A stretch of DNA of 64,000 bases from an uncultured Actinomycetes bacterium. GTDB taxonomy: Bacteria > Actinomycetota > Acidimicrobiia > IMCC26256 > DASPTH01. The notes beneath the pieces were generated by a model that worked only from the letters and a program-made list of their open reading frames with translations, searched no databases and was not told the DNA's origin. Within the stretch, counting starts at the first letter, position 1. Every line of letters starts with the position of its first letter. Made by a program: the position numbers and the translations under genes. The stretch is taken from assembly GCA_963726965.1 (NCBI GenBank), contig CAVSEI010000011.1, positions 441,915-505,914 on the forward strand. The letters run 5' to 3'. Positions 25,726-36,180 of the stretch are shown here, in pieces.

Positions 25726-26654
25726 TGCGCTTCGCGTTCACCGAGGACCAGTTGCTGTTCGCCGGAGGTCTGCGCGACCTGCTGGCCAAGGAGTGCACTC
25801 CCGCTCACGTGCGCGCGGCATGGGACGACGGTACGGGACACGTGCCGACGTTGTGGGCCCACCTCACGGAGATGGGGGTGTTCGGCATGCTGGTGCCAGA
25901 GGCCGACGGCGGACTCGGAGGCACCGAGGTCGACCTCGTGCTCCTGCTGGAGGAGCTCGGCCGCGCCGCCGCGCCGGGGCCGGTGCTCGAGACTGCAGCC
26001 GTGGTCGCGCCGGCACTCAACGACGCGGCGGTGGTCGGGACCGCGGCGATCGACGGTTCTCCGTACGTGCCGCACGCGCGCGTCGCCGACGTCGTGCTCG
26101 TGCCCGGCGGCGTGATCCGGGTCGCCGACGCGACGCTCACCGATGTCGACGGGATCGACGGTGGGCGTCGCCTGTTCAGCGTGTCGGGCGCTTCGCTCGA
26201 AGCCGTCGACTACGACGAAGCGCTCGCGTTCGACCGCGGGGCGCTCGGGGCCGCGGCCGCGCTGGTGGGGCTGAGCGAGCACATGATCGACGTCGCCGCG
26301 GAGTACGCCCGTCAACGTGAGCAGTACGGGCGACCCATCGGCGTGAACCAGGCGGTCAAGCATCTGCTCGCCGACGCCCTCCTGAAGGTGGAGTTCGCCA
26401 AGCCCGCGGTGTACCGCGCCGCGTGGTCGGTCGCGGTGAACGAACCGACACGCGCGCGCGACGTCTCGATGGCCAAGGCATTCGCGAGTGACGCGGCCTA
26501 CCGGACCAGCCGGAGCGCGATGCAGGTGCACGGAGCTATCGGGTACACGTGGGAGGCCGATCTCCAGCTCTGGATGAAGAAGGCATGGGCCCTCCAGCGC
26601 GCGTGGGGCGACGCCACGTTCCACCGGCGCCGGGTGGCGTCCGCGGTGCTCTGA
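25725..26654 (+). CDS. acyl-CoA dehydrogenase family protein (short partner; beta-subunit-like)
   Basis: ATG 25725 overlaps the upstream stop (TGATG) and is in frame in ORF 25368..26654. The sequence reads MRFAFTEDQLLFAGGLRDLLAKECTP...YARQREQYGRPIGVNQAVKHLLAD...VHGAIGYTWEADLQLWMKKAW. There is no GxxEIQR motif. Confidence 0.85.
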   Translation: MRFAFTEDQLLFAGGLRDLLAKECTPAHVRAAWDDGTGHVPTLWAHLTEMGVFGMLVPEADGGLGGTEVDLVLLLEELGRAAAPGPVLETAAVVAPALNDAAVVGTAAIDGSPYVPHARVADVVLVPGGVIRVADATLTDVDGIDGGRRLFSVSGASLEAVDYDEALAFDRGALGAAAALVGLSEHMIDVAAEYARQREQYGRPIGVNQAVKHLLADALLKVEFAKPAVYRAAWSVAVNEPTRARDVSMAKAFASDAAYRTSRSAMQVHGAIGYTWEADLQLWMKKAWALQRAWGDATFHRRRVASAVL

Positions 26655-26655
26655 T

Positions 26656-27115
26656 TCAGACCTTGCCGTCGAGCTCGTGGAGACGGCGGGCCATGCCGAC
26701 GAAGATGTTGTCGCGGACGGTCGCTTCTTCGAGCACGAGCTTGAACGCGGGTTTCGAGAGTACGGCCAACGACAACGGACTCTGTGCGGTGATGGTCGCG
26801 TTGCGCGGCGCAGGGTCGAACAACGCGAGCTCGCCGAAGAAGTCGCCCGCGGTGAGGTGGCCGACCTCGTTCCCCGCGCGTCACCGCCGCGTCACCGTGC
26901 AGGATCACGAAGAACTCTCTTCCGGCTTCGCCCTCAGTGAGGACCGCTTCGCCGGCCGCCGCTTCGCGCAGGGTGCAGACCCTCGCGACGCTGAGGAGCT
27001 CGTCGGTGGAACACACGCTGAAGATCGGCACCTTGGCGAAGCTGAGCTCGACGTAGTTCAGCTCGGCATTGCCGATCGGCGACTCGGTGAGAGCTTTCCC
27101 TTTTCGCTTCGCCAT
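26656..27115 (-). pseudogene. stand-alone cyclic-nucleotide-binding (cNMP/CAP-effector) domain protein, one apparent frameshift
   Basis: ATG 27115 gives MAKRKGKALTESPIGNAELNYVELSFAKVPIFSVCSTDELLSVARVCTLREAAAGEAVLTEGEAGREFFVILHGDAAVTR. After a frame change near 26871-26880 it reads GNEVGHLTAGDFFGELALFDPAPRNATITAQSPLSLAVLSKPAFKLVLEEATVRDNIFVGMARRLHELDGKV. The FGELAL...R-N/A-A-T motif is typical of cNMP-binding domains. Confidence 0.7.
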
Positions 27116-27158
27116 GCAGTGACACGTTAGGAGATGCCGCGGAGTACCGTGACCGCCC

Positions 27159-28736
27159 GTGGCTCGCGCTGACCTCGAATTCCGCACGATTCCGGCGCTG
27201 GTGCGTGCGAGTGCGCAGCGCTTCCCGGCGTTGGAAGGCCTCGTCGACGGCGAGATGCGGTTGACCTTTCCCGAGCTGGCGGCACGGATCGACGAGGCGT
27301 CGCGTGCGTTCATCGCCGCCGGCCTCGAACCGGGCGACCGCGTCGGGGTGTGGGCCCCCAACGGCGCCGAATGGGTCATCGCCGCACTCGGAGCACTGGG
27401 CGCCGGGGGCGTGCTGGTCCCGCTCAACACGCGGTTCAAAGGCGCGGAGGCGGCGTTCGTGCTCGGTCGCAGCGGCGCCCGGTTCCTCTGCACCGTCAAC
27501 GGGTTCCTCGGCACGGATTACGTCGCGATGTTGCGCGACGCCGGACCCCTCCCGGACACGTTGGACCAGATCGTGGTGTTGCAGGGCGACGCGCCCGTGG
27601 GGACGACGACCTTCGCCGAGTTCCTCACCCACGCCGACGACGTGTCGATCGAAGCCGCGCGCGAGCGAGCCGACGCGATCGGTCCCGACGACGTGGCCGA
27701 CATCATCTTCACGTCGGGCACCACGGGGAAGCCGAAGGGCGCGATGACGACGCACGCGCAGACCCTGCGCACCTTCGACGCGTGGGCGAGCACCGTCGGG
27801 CTCGCCGAAGGTGACCGGTACCTGGTCGTCAACCCGTTCTTCCACACGTTCGGGTACAAGGCGGGCATCGTCGCCTGCTTCATCAAGGGCGCGACCATCG
27901 TGCCCGAGCCGGTGTTCGACGTCCCCGCCGTGCTCGCGCACGTCGCGTCCGAGCGCATCTCGGTGTTGCCGGGCCCGCCGACGCTCTACCTCTCGATCCT
28001 CGACCATCCCGGCCGCGCCGCGTTCGACTTGTCGTCGCTGCGGCTGGCCGTGACCGGCGCCGCCGCGGTACCGGTCGAGATGATCCGCCGCATGCGCGAG
28101 GAGCTGACCTTCCAGACGATCGTCACCGCGTACGGCCTCACGGAATCGACCGGGACGGTCTCGATCTGCCGACCGGACGACGATCCGGAAACCATCTCGC
28201 ACACGTCGGGTCGCGCGATGGACGGCGTCGAGGTGCAGATCGTCGGCGACGACGGGAACGAACTGCCGCGAGGCGAGCCGGGCGAGATCGTCTGCCGGGG
28301 CTTCAACGTGATGGTCGGCTACTTCGAGGATGATGTCGCGACACGAGAAGCGATCGACCCGGACGGCTGGCTGCACACCGGCGACATCGGCGTGATGGAC
28401 GAACGTGGCTACCTGCAGATCACCGACCGCAAGAAGGACATGTTCATCGTCGGCGGCTTCAACGTGTACCCCGCCGAGGTCGAGAACGCCATCCTCGAAC
28501 ACCCCGACGTCGCGCAGGTTGCGGTGGTCAGCGCGCCCGACGCCCGGATGGGGGAGGTCGGGGTCGCGTTCGTCGTACCGCGCGCGGGCTCGTCGATCGA
28601 TCCCGCGGCGCTCTGCGAATGGTGCACGCCCCGAATGGCGAACTACAAGGTGCCGCGCCGTGCGGTGGTCGTCGACGCGTTGCCGGTGAATGCGAGCGGC
28701 AAGGTGCTCAAGTTCGAGCTGCGTGAGAGGGTTTGA
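27159..28736 (+). CDS. acyl-CoA synthetase (AMP-forming, ANL superfamily; FadD-type)
   Basis: Full ORF of 525 aa with a GTG start. Motifs include [65 protein letters not shown] and [10 protein letters not shown]. Confidence 0.9.
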   Translation: MARADLEFRTIPALVRASAQRFPALEGLVDGEMRLTFPELAARIDEASRAFIAAGLEPGDRVGVWAPNGAEWVIAALGALGAGGVLVPLNTRFKGAEAAFVLGRSGARFLCTVNGFLGTDYVAMLRDAGPLPDTLDQIVVLQGDAPVGTTTFAEFLTHADDVSIEAARERADAIGPDDVADIIFTSGTTGKPKGAMTTHAQTLRTFDAWASTVGLAEGDRYLVVNPFFHTFGYKAGIVACFIKGATIVPEPVFDVPAVLAHVASERISVLPGPPTLYLSILDHPGRAAFDLSSLRLAVTGAAAVPVEMIRRMREELTFQTIVTAYGLTESTGTVSICRPDDDPETISHTSGRAMDGVEVQIVGDDGNELPRGEPGEIVCRGFNVMVGYFEDDVATREAIDPDGWLHTGDIGVMDERGYLQITDRKKDMFIVGGFNVYPAEVENAILEHPDVAQVAVVSAPDARMGEVGVAFVVPRAGSSIDPAALCEWCTPRMANYKVPRRAVVVDALPVNASGKVLKFELRERV

Positions 28737-28738
28737 GG

Positions 28739-29495
28739 ATGGACTCGCGCCACACGGAAACCCGCGCCATCGTGACCGGAGCCGGTTCGGGGATCGGCCG
28801 TGCCACCGCTCGCCGTTTGGCCGCCGAGGGCGCGGCGGTCGCATGTCTCGACGTGAAGGGGCATGAAGAAGCCGCCGCCGAGATCGTCGCCGACGGCGGC
28901 CGGGCCTGGGGCTACGAGTGCGACGTCACCGACGCCGAGGCGGTGCAGACGACCGTCGACCTCGTCGTTCGTGGAGCTGGGCGGGTTGAACGTGGTGTGC
29001 AACGTCGCCGGGATCGGCCAGTTCTACCGGACCGAGACCTTGGATCCCGCGGTCTTCGACCGCATCATCGCGGTCAACCTGCGCGGCACCTTCCTCGTGT
29101 GCCGGTACGCGCTCCCGCATCTCCTCGAAGCCGGCGGGGGCGTCATCGTCAACACCACGTCCGTGTCGGGGATCGTCGGCAATCCGTGGAACGCGGCGTA
29201 CGCCGCGTCGAAGGGTGGCGTGCTGATGCTCACCAAGGCGCTCGCGGCCGAGTACCGCACCCGCGGTGTTCGCGTCAACGGCGTCGCTCCGGGCATGGTC
29301 GCCACCGATCTCAGTGCGGGTTTCTCCGACTTCTTCACCCGCGAGAACATCGACCTTTCGGAGTTCGGGCGGGGGTCGCCGACCCGCGCCGCTCAGCCCG
29401 AAGAGATCGCGGCCGCGTTCGCCTACATCGCATCCGCGGACGCGTCGTTCATGTCGGGCGCGATTCTCGTGCTCGATGGCGGCTCGACCTCTTGA
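28739..29495 (+). pseudogene. short-chain dehydrogenase/reductase, one apparent frameshift
   Basis: ATG 28739 gives [39 protein letters not shown]...VQTTVDLVV. The gene continues in ORF 28863..29495 as ELGGLNVVCNVAGI...SVSGIVGNPWNAAYAASKGGVLMLTKALA...GAILVLDGGSTS. The frames join near 28971-28975, where there is an extra G. Confidence 0.8.
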
Positions 29496-29508
29496 GCGCG
29501 AGCACCCG

Positions 29509-30973
29509 GTGAAGTCGGCCGTCCCGGTCGTCGTCGGCGTCGGGCAGATCACGCATCGGGACGACGACGACCTGGCCGCGGCGGAGCCGCTCGCGCTGAT
29601 CCTCGCCGCCGCGCGCGCGGCCGACGCCGACGCCGGCGGTGGCACGTTGGCGAAACTCGACGGGCTCGAGCTCATGCCCGTGGGATGTTGGCCCTACGAC
29701 GACCTGGCTGGGCTGGTCGCGGCGCGCCTCGGTGTCGAGGTCGCATCGACGCGTCGGCGGGTGCTGCCGACCGGCGGTGAGACGCCGATCCGCGCGTTGG
29801 ACGCGGCGGCGGCGCGGATCGCGGTCGGTGACGCACGCGTGGTGCTGCTCGCAGGCGCCGAGGGCACCCGGGCGACGACGCGCGCACGGAGGGCGGGGGT
29901 CGAGGTGCCCTGGACGCCACCCGGGACCCGGCCCGTGATGCCGGCGTTCGGACCCGACCTCCAGCGCGCCGCGGCCGTCGGCATCAGCCGGGCGATGCAC
30001 TGCTTCCCGTTGTACGAGCACGGGCTCCGCGCGCACGAAGGCCGCACGCTCGACGACGCGCACCAGGAGTCGGCAGAGCTGTGGGCCGGACTCTCGCGCG
30101 TCGCCGCCGACAACCCGTACGCGTGGACGCGTTCGGCTGCCGATGCGTGCGACCTCGCACACGTCGGAACCGACAATCGGATGATCACCTACCCGTATCC
30201 GAAACGGCTGACCGCCAACCCGTTCGTGAACCAAGGCGCAGCCCTGCTGGTGGCCGACACCGACACGGCGCGGTCGTTGGGCATCGCCGAGGACCGCTGG
30301 GTGTACCTGCTGGGTGGTGCCGGAGCCGACGAGCCCACGGACCCGCGCGCGGGCCGCGTACCACCGAGTGCCCGCGCTCGAAGCGACCATCGAGCAGGTG
30401 CAGATCAACACGGGCACGAACGCCGACGACTACGACCGGGTGGAGCTCTACAGCTGTTTTCCCGCGATGCCGAAGTTGTCGCGGCGCGCGCTCGGGCGCT
30501 CGGCGACGGATCCCATCTCGGTCACGGGCGGGTTGTCGTTCTTCGGCGGACCGGGCAGCAACTACCTCACGCATTCGCTCGCGGCGATGGTCGACGACCT
30601 ACGCGTGGCCGGGGGCACCGGTCTGATCCACGGCGTCGGCATGTTCAACACCAAGCACCACACGCTCGTCCTGGCTGATCGACCGCGCGCGGACGGTCGG
30701 TACCCGGCTGCGACGCTGCGAGCGGTCGAGCCCGGGGTGGCGGTGGTCGAGGACTACGCAGGTTCCGGGACGGTCCTGACCCTCTCGGTGATGTTCGGTC
30801 GTGACGGCGCGCCCGAGCAGGGGGTGGTCATCGGTACCGGCCGACGCGGCGAACGGTTCGCGGCCCGCGTCGACCCCGACGGCGACACCCTCGGCGAGCT
30901 GACCGACGGCTCGGAACCGGTGGGTCGCACCGGAACCGTGACCGCCGGCGACATTCCCGGGTTCAGGTTCTAG
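29509..30973 (+). pseudogene. thiolase-like protein (about 490-aa acetyl-CoA acetyltransferase-related family), one apparent frameshift
   Basis: GTG 29509 in ORF 29266..30678 gives VKSAVPVVVGVGQITHRDDDD...DNRMITYPYPKRLTANPFVNQGAALLVADTD. The gene continues in ORF 30314..30973 as YHRVPALEATIEQV...VELYSCFPAMPKL...GGLSFFGGPGSNYLTHSLAAMV. The frames join in a (GC)n run near 30344-30351. Confidence 0.7.
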
Positions 30974-31011
30974 GGTGAGGTGATGCGGAATCGACCGTGG
31001 AACAGGAGAAA

Positions 31012-32465
31012 ATGGTGAACCGAGACAAGTTCTTCATTGGTGGCGACTGGGTGGACCCGGCCGGGAACGACACGCTGGCCGTGATCTCGCCGGCGACCGA
31101 GGAAGTCATCGCCAAGGTTCCTGACGCGACCACCACCGACGTCGATCGCGCGGTCGCCGCCGCCCGCCAGGCGGTCGACTCCGGCCCGTGGCCACAGATG
31201 TCACCCGCGGAGCGGGCCGACGTGATGGCCGTCATCTCCGGTCTCCTGCAGGCACGCTACGAGGAGATCGCGCAGACCATCTCCGAGGAGATGGGCTCAC
31301 CGATCTCGTTCTCGGTGATGGGTCAGGTCTTCGCCGCGACCATGGTGCTCGACTACTACACCGGTCTGGCCCGTGAGTTCGCGTTCGAGGAGCGCCGCCC
31401 CGGCATTCTCGGTCCGACGCTCGTCCGCCGCGAGCCGGTCGGCGTCGTCGGCGCGATCATCCCGTGGAACGTGCCGCTGTTCGTGACCATGCTGAAGGTG
31501 GCCCCCGCGCTCGCATCGGGGTCGACCGTGGTGCTCAAGCCCGCACCCGAGACGCCGCTCGACGCGTACATCCTCGCGGAAGTCGTCAAGGAAGCCGGCC
31601 TCCCTGCGGGGCGTACTCAACATCGTGCAAGCGGGTCGTGAAGTCGGCGAGCACATCGTCACCCACCCGGACGTCGACAAGATCTCGTTCACCGGTTCGA
31701 CGGTTGCCGGCAAGAAGATCGCTGCACTGTGCGGTGCGCAGCTGAAGCGATGCACGCTCGAGCTCGGCGGCAAGTCCGCGGCGATCATCCTCGACGACGC
31801 CGACCTTGCCGCGACGATCCCGGCCCTGATGCCGAACGCGTTGATGAACAACGGCGAGGCGTGCGTGGCGCAGACGCGCATCCTCGCTTCGCGTGAGCGC
31901 TACGCCGAAGTGGTCGACGCGCTGGCTGCGGCGGTGTCGGGTTCCAAGGTCGGCGAGCCGCTCGATCAGGAGACCGTCGTCGGCCCGCTGTTCGCGTTCG
32001 CGACACCGTGACCGCGTCGAGGGCTACATCGCCAAGGGCAAGGAAGAGGGTGCGCGTCTCGTCGTCGGTGGTGGCCGTCCCGCCGGCTTCGACAAGGGTT
32101 GGTACGTCGAGCCGACGCTCTTCGCCGACGTCGACAACAAGATGACGATCGCGCAGGAGGAGATCTTCGGGCCGGTGCTCGTGGCGATTCCCTATGACGA
32201 CGTCGACGATGCGGTGGCGATCGCCAATGATTCCGACTACGGACTCTCGGGCTCGGTGTGGACGTCTGATGCTCAGGCCGGCGTCGACGTCGCCCGGCGC
32301 GTGCGGACCGGGACCTACGGCATCAACGGGATGGGCATGGACTTCTCGTCCCCGTTCGGTGGCTTCAAGCAGTCCGGCATCGGTCGCGAGCTCGGCCCCG
32401 AGGGGCTCGAGGAGTTCCTCGAGTCGAAGACCATCGTGCTGCCGGCCGGCTTCGAACCTGCCTAG
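31012..32465 (+). pseudogene. NAD(P)-dependent aldehyde dehydrogenase, two apparent frameshifts
   Basis: The gene runs through three frames. The first gives MVNRDKFFIGGDWVDPAG...GAIIPWNVPLFVTMLKVAPALASGSTVVLKPAPETPL. The second gives VLNIVQAGREVGEHIVTHPDVDKISFTGSTVAGKKI...ELGGKSAAIILDDAD...[13 protein letters not shown]. The third gives [19 protein letters not shown]...[36 protein letters not shown]. The frames join at a G-run near 31607-31611 and near 31991. Confidence 0.85.
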
Positions 32466-32521
32466 CTCCGGCGTGACCAAGCACACCCTGCGGGTCGACG
32501 TCGGCGACGTCGCACCCGCGG

Positions 32522-33391
32522 GTGTGCCGCGAGCTCGCGGTCGACGTCTTCGAACCCGAGCAGGTCGGCGCCCGCCCGGTCGTCTGTTGTTGCCTCCCGG
32601 GGGGCGGGATGTCGCGTGGCTATTTCGATCTGCAGGCGCCCCGCGACCTCGGCAACTACAGCATGGCCCGACACCTGGTCGACCACGGTTTCGTCGTCGT
32701 GACGCTCGATCCTCCCGCAGTCGGCGAGAGCGACACGCCGGACGACGGCTACACGCTCACGCCTGACCTGGTCGCCGATGTCGACGCGTACGCCTTCGAC
32801 CAGGTGCTCGCGCACTGGCCGCATGCGTTTCGGATCGGCGTGGGACACTCGGCGGGCGCGTTGCTCACCGTGGTGCAGCAGGCGCGTCACCGAACGTACG
32901 GCGCGCTCGGCCTCCTCGGATTCGGCAGCGGTGGGCACGAGCGCTTCGCGTTGAGCATGAGCGAGCTGGGAGTCGGCGAGGATCCCGACGCGTTGAAGAC
33001 CGCGATCGTCGACCTGACGAAGGAGCGGTTCGGACGACCACTCCCACGGGGATCGACCGCGACGTCGGAGTTCCTGCTCGGTGGTATGGAGGTCCCGCCC
33101 GCCGCGCTCGACGCGCTGGGTGCGGTGAAGAGCTGTCTGCTCGCCATCGTCGGTCTCACGTCGATGATTCCGGGGAGCGTCGCCGCGGAGATGGCGGCGG
33201 TCGACGTGCCGGTCTTCCTCGGGCTCGGCGAGCACGACATCGCCGGTGATCCGCACGGGATCCCGGCCTTCTTCTGCGGGAGCAACGACGTCGCGCTGTT
33301 CGTGCTCCCGGGCACCGGTCACAACCACAACGTGGCGCCGAACCGCGAAGATCTCTGGGACCGGCTCGCCGTGTGGGCGCGACAGTTCTGA
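32522..33391 (+). CDS. alpha/beta-hydrolase fold protein
   Basis: Full ORF of 289 aa. It has IGVGHSAGALL (a nucleophile-elbow GxSxG variant) and a C-terminal GTGHNHN. A possible 16-codon N-terminal extension from GTG 32473 (VTKHTLRVDVGDVAPAG) lies in another frame, so there may be one more frameshift near 32525. Confidence 0.7.
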   Translation: MCRELAVDVFEPEQVGARPVVCCCLPGGGMSRGYFDLQAPRDLGNYSMARHLVDHGFVVVTLDPPAVGESDTPDDGYTLTPDLVADVDAYAFDQVLAHWPHAFRIGVGHSAGALLTVVQQARHRTYGALGLLGFGSGGHERFALSMSELGVGEDPDALKTAIVDLTKERFGRPLPRGSTATSEFLLGGMEVPPAALDALGAVKSCLLAIVGLTSMIPGSVAAEMAAVDVPVFLGLGEHDIAGDPHGIPAFFCGSNDVALFVLPGTGHNHNVAPNREDLWDRLAVWARQF

Positions 33392-33396
33392 CGAGC

Positions 33397-33415
33397 ACCG
33401 TCGCTCGTCGACGGT
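33397..33415 (+). terminator. short GC hairpin after the hydrolase gene (ACCGTCG-ctcgt-CGACGGT)
   Basis: A 7-bp perfect stem with a 5-nt loop, starting 6 nt after stop 33389..33391. There is no U-tract, so this is a weak call. Confidence 0.3.
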
Positions 33416-33492
33416 TACATGGTGCGAGCGATACGCTCCCGGTGTCGGTAGACGTGGGCCTGACCAGGAAATTGGCCGGTGAGCGGGGGCAC

Positions 33493-34527
33493 GTGAGCAT
33501 GTTCCGGAACGGGGTCGCGGCATGGAAGCTGGTCGCGTGCGCGCTGGTGTCGACCGGCCTCGCGGTCGCGGTCGCGACGACGCCCGCCGCCGCGAACACG
33601 CCGAATGCTCCTGCGTTCTGTGTCGTGCTCCCGCAGGTTGCCGCCGTGCAGGCAGAGTTCCAGGCCCTGGCCGGCAACATCGACCCGACGAGCCAGACGA
33701 CCATCACGAACACCCAGCCGAGCGTCGGCGACGTCACCGCATTCGTCGGTGACGTCGCCGCGGTGGTCACCCCGGGTGACCTGAACGTCACCGATGACAT
33801 CAAGCCGCAGTGGGATGTCGTCAGCGGGGGCCTGAGCCAGTTGTCGCAGACGCTGCAGACGGCGGGGTATCAGTTCTCCACCCTGCCGCCCCTGCAGGTC
33901 CAGGCGATCGTCGACGCCGCGAATGCCTCCGAGCTGCCCGGCGTCCTGCCCGCCGACCTCGATGCTGCGAAGGCCGCACTGACCACGTGGTCGACGACGA
34001 ACTGTGTCGGCGCACCGACGCCCCCGGGGACCACGGTTCCGGTGCAGCCCGTCGATCCTGCGACCGGGACGTCCCCGGTGACGGTGACCTTCGCGACCGT
34101 CGGTGCTGCCGGTCTGACCGCGGTGACGTCGTCCTCCTCGGGTCCGGCGGTGCCGACCGGTTTCCAACTGGGGAACCCACCGACGTACTACGACGTCACC
34201 ACGACCGCCGGTTACAGCGGAGCGATCACGCTCTGCTTCAGCTACGACCCGGTCGCGTACCCAGCGGGCGCGTCACTCGTGCTCTACCACTTCGATTCGG
34301 TGACGAACGCGTGGCAGAACGTCACCACGTCGGTCACCACCGCGCCGCCCGTCATCTGCGGGACGACGACGTCGCTGTCGCCGTTCACGGTGTTGGCCGC
34401 GCCCCCGCCACCCGGATGCAAGAAGGGCGGAGGGCAGAACGGCACCGATCGTCACGGCCCCGACCCGAAGAACCCGGGTCGCGTCGGTTCCGGCAACACC
34501 GGCGGGAGGAAGTCGGGCCGGCGCTGA
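33493..34527 (+). CDS. secreted protein of unknown function (signal peptide; Thr/Pro/Val-rich)
   Basis: In frame in ORF 33373..34527, starting at GTG 33493 or ATG 33499. It has a signal-like N-terminus (MFRNGVAAWKLVACALVSTGLAVAVATTPAAA). The C-terminal region reads PVTVTFATVGAAGLTAVTSSSSGPAVPTGFQLGNPPTYYDVTTTAGYSGAITLCFSY...LVLYHFDSVTNAWQNVTTS...ICGTTTSLSPFTVLA, followed by a basic Gly-rich tail. Confidence 0.6.
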   Translation: MSMFRNGVAAWKLVACALVSTGLAVAVATTPAAANTPNAPAFCVVLPQVAAVQAEFQALAGNIDPTSQTTITNTQPSVGDVTAFVGDVAAVVTPGDLNVTDDIKPQWDVVSGGLSQLSQTLQTAGYQFSTLPPLQVQAIVDAANASELPGVLPADLDAAKAALTTWSTTNCVGAPTPPGTTVPVQPVDPATGTSPVTVTFATVGAAGLTAVTSSSSGPAVPTGFQLGNPPTYYDVTTTAGYSGAITLCFSYDPVAYPAGASLVLYHFDSVTNAWQNVTTSVTTAPPVICGTTTSLSPFTVLAAPPPPGCKKGGGQNGTDRHGPDPKNPGRVGSGNTGGRKSGRR

Positions 34528-34530
34528 CGG

Positions 34531-36161
34531 TCACACCACCGGTCGTGCGTCGGCCATCTCGCGCAGCTTGTTCTTGAGGATCTTGTCGAGGGTGCCGAGC
34601 GGGAACTCGTCGACGAAGTAGACCGCCCGCGGCACCTTGAACCCGGCCAGGTTGTCCCGGCAGGTCGGCGATGATCTCGATCTCGACCGCGGCCTCGTCG
34701 TGGTCGCCGGGCGCCGTGATCACGAAGGCGACCGCCACCTCGTCGAGGAATTCGTGGTTGCTTGCCGACCACCGCGACGGACTGCACCGCAGGGTGGGCG
34801 ACGATCAGGTCCTCGACCTCCCTGGCCGACACGTTCTCGCCGCCGACCTTGAGCAGGTCCTTGTCGCGCTCCTGGTAGAAGACGTTGCCGCCCTCACCCA
34901 TCTTCACCATGTCGCCGGTCTTGAACCAGCCGTCCTCGAACGCCTTGGCGTTGGCCTCGGGGTTGTCGTAGTACTCGAGGAACAGCTGGATGCCCGCGGG
35001 TCCCGCGCAGCCAGAGCTCGCCGGTCCGCCCGTCGGTGCAGAGCTCGCCGGTCTCCTGGTCGACGACGGCGATCTCGTAGCCCGGGGTCACGTGACCCAT
35101 CGAGCGCATCGGGAGCTGCTCTTCGGGCTTCCCGGTGATGCAGTGGGTGACCGTCTCGGTCATGCCGTACGCGGCGTACACCGAGATCCCGAACAGGCGA
35201 TCGAGGTCGGGCATGATCAGACCGAACACGCCGACCCGCAGCGTGTGTTCGTCGGGGTGGTCGGGCGCCATGAGGCCGGGATGACGAACGGCATCACCGA
35301 GGTGTGCGTGACGCCGTGCTCGACGATCGATCGGCCAGAACCGGCTCTGCGACCACTTCGGCATCAGCACCACGGTCGCGCCGACGCCGAGCACCGAGAA
35401 GAGGCTCCAGCTCTGCGCGTTCACGTGGAAGAACGGGAGGTAGATCAGGTAGGTGTCGTCGGTGGTGAGGTCGATGTTGCGCGGGCCGGTGCGGCTCGCC
35501 CAGATCGCGTTGGCGTGGGTGTGGACGACGGCCTTCGGTCGGCTGGTGGTGCCCGAGGTGAACATGATCCCGAACGGCAGCATCGGCTCGGGACCGCGCG
35601 CGCGGTCCAGTCGGCGTCGGCCGAGAAGGCGCGTCGAAGGTCTCGAAGCCGTGCGCGACTCTCGTCGCTCGCCGGCTCGCCGCTGTTGTCGGCGGTGACG
35701 ACGATCCACTTCAGCGCCGGGGCCGCCTCGGCGACCATTGCCGCGTACTGCGGCTGGGTGATCGCAGCCACCGCGCCGGTGTGCTCGGCGAAGTAGGTGA
35801 GCTCGGCGCCGACCGACTTGGTGTTGGTGGTGACCGCGACGGCGCCGAGCGTGGCGCACGCCAGCCAGGCCAGCACCATCTCGGGGCAGTTCTCCGCGTG
35901 GATGAGCACCTTGTCGCCCTTGGCGATCCCGCGGGCGTCGAGCCCGGCCGCGACGCGGCGCACGTCGCCGAGCAACTCGGCGTAGGTCCAGTGCCGGCCG
36001 CCGCCTTCGCGCGGCGCCCAGACCAGGACGGGGTGGTCGGGCTTGCGGTCGGCCCAGTGCTCGAGGAGCCAGGGGATGTCCTGGCCGGACATCTGGAACT
36101 TCTCGAGGTCGACGGAGTCCATGCCCGACATCTTGGACCACGACGGCGTCTGACGGGTCAT
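34531..36161 (-). pseudogene. acyl-CoA synthetase (ANL superfamily), heavily disrupted: 6-8 frame changes
   Basis: ATG 36161 gives MTRQTPSWSKMSGMDSVDLEKFQMSGQDIPWLLEHWADRKPDHPVLVW... Later segments in other frames include PMLPFGIMFTSGTTSRPKAVVHTHANAIW, AAYGMTETVTHCITG, IQLFLEYYDNPEANAKAFEDGWFKTGDMVKMGEGGNVFYQERDKDLLKVGGENVSAREVE, HEFLDEVAVAFVITAPG and CRDNLAGFKVPRAVYFVDEFPLGTLDKILKNKLREMADARPVV-stop (34531). Frame changes lie near 35585-35660 (1-3 of them), 35324-35334, 35273-35280, 34992-34996, 34754-34762 and 34660-34666. Confidence 0.8.
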
Positions 36162-36164
36162 CAG
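36150..36164. promoter_or_regulatory. palindromic operator-like site CTGACG-GGT-CATCAG (site 5 of 7, one mismatch)
   Basis: The site TCTGACGGGTCATCAGA overlaps the ATG (36161) of the disrupted synthetase and lies about 16 nt upstream of ACAD ATG 36181, in a divergent junction. Confidence 0.55.
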
Positions 36165-36180
36165 ATACGCTCCCGACCGC

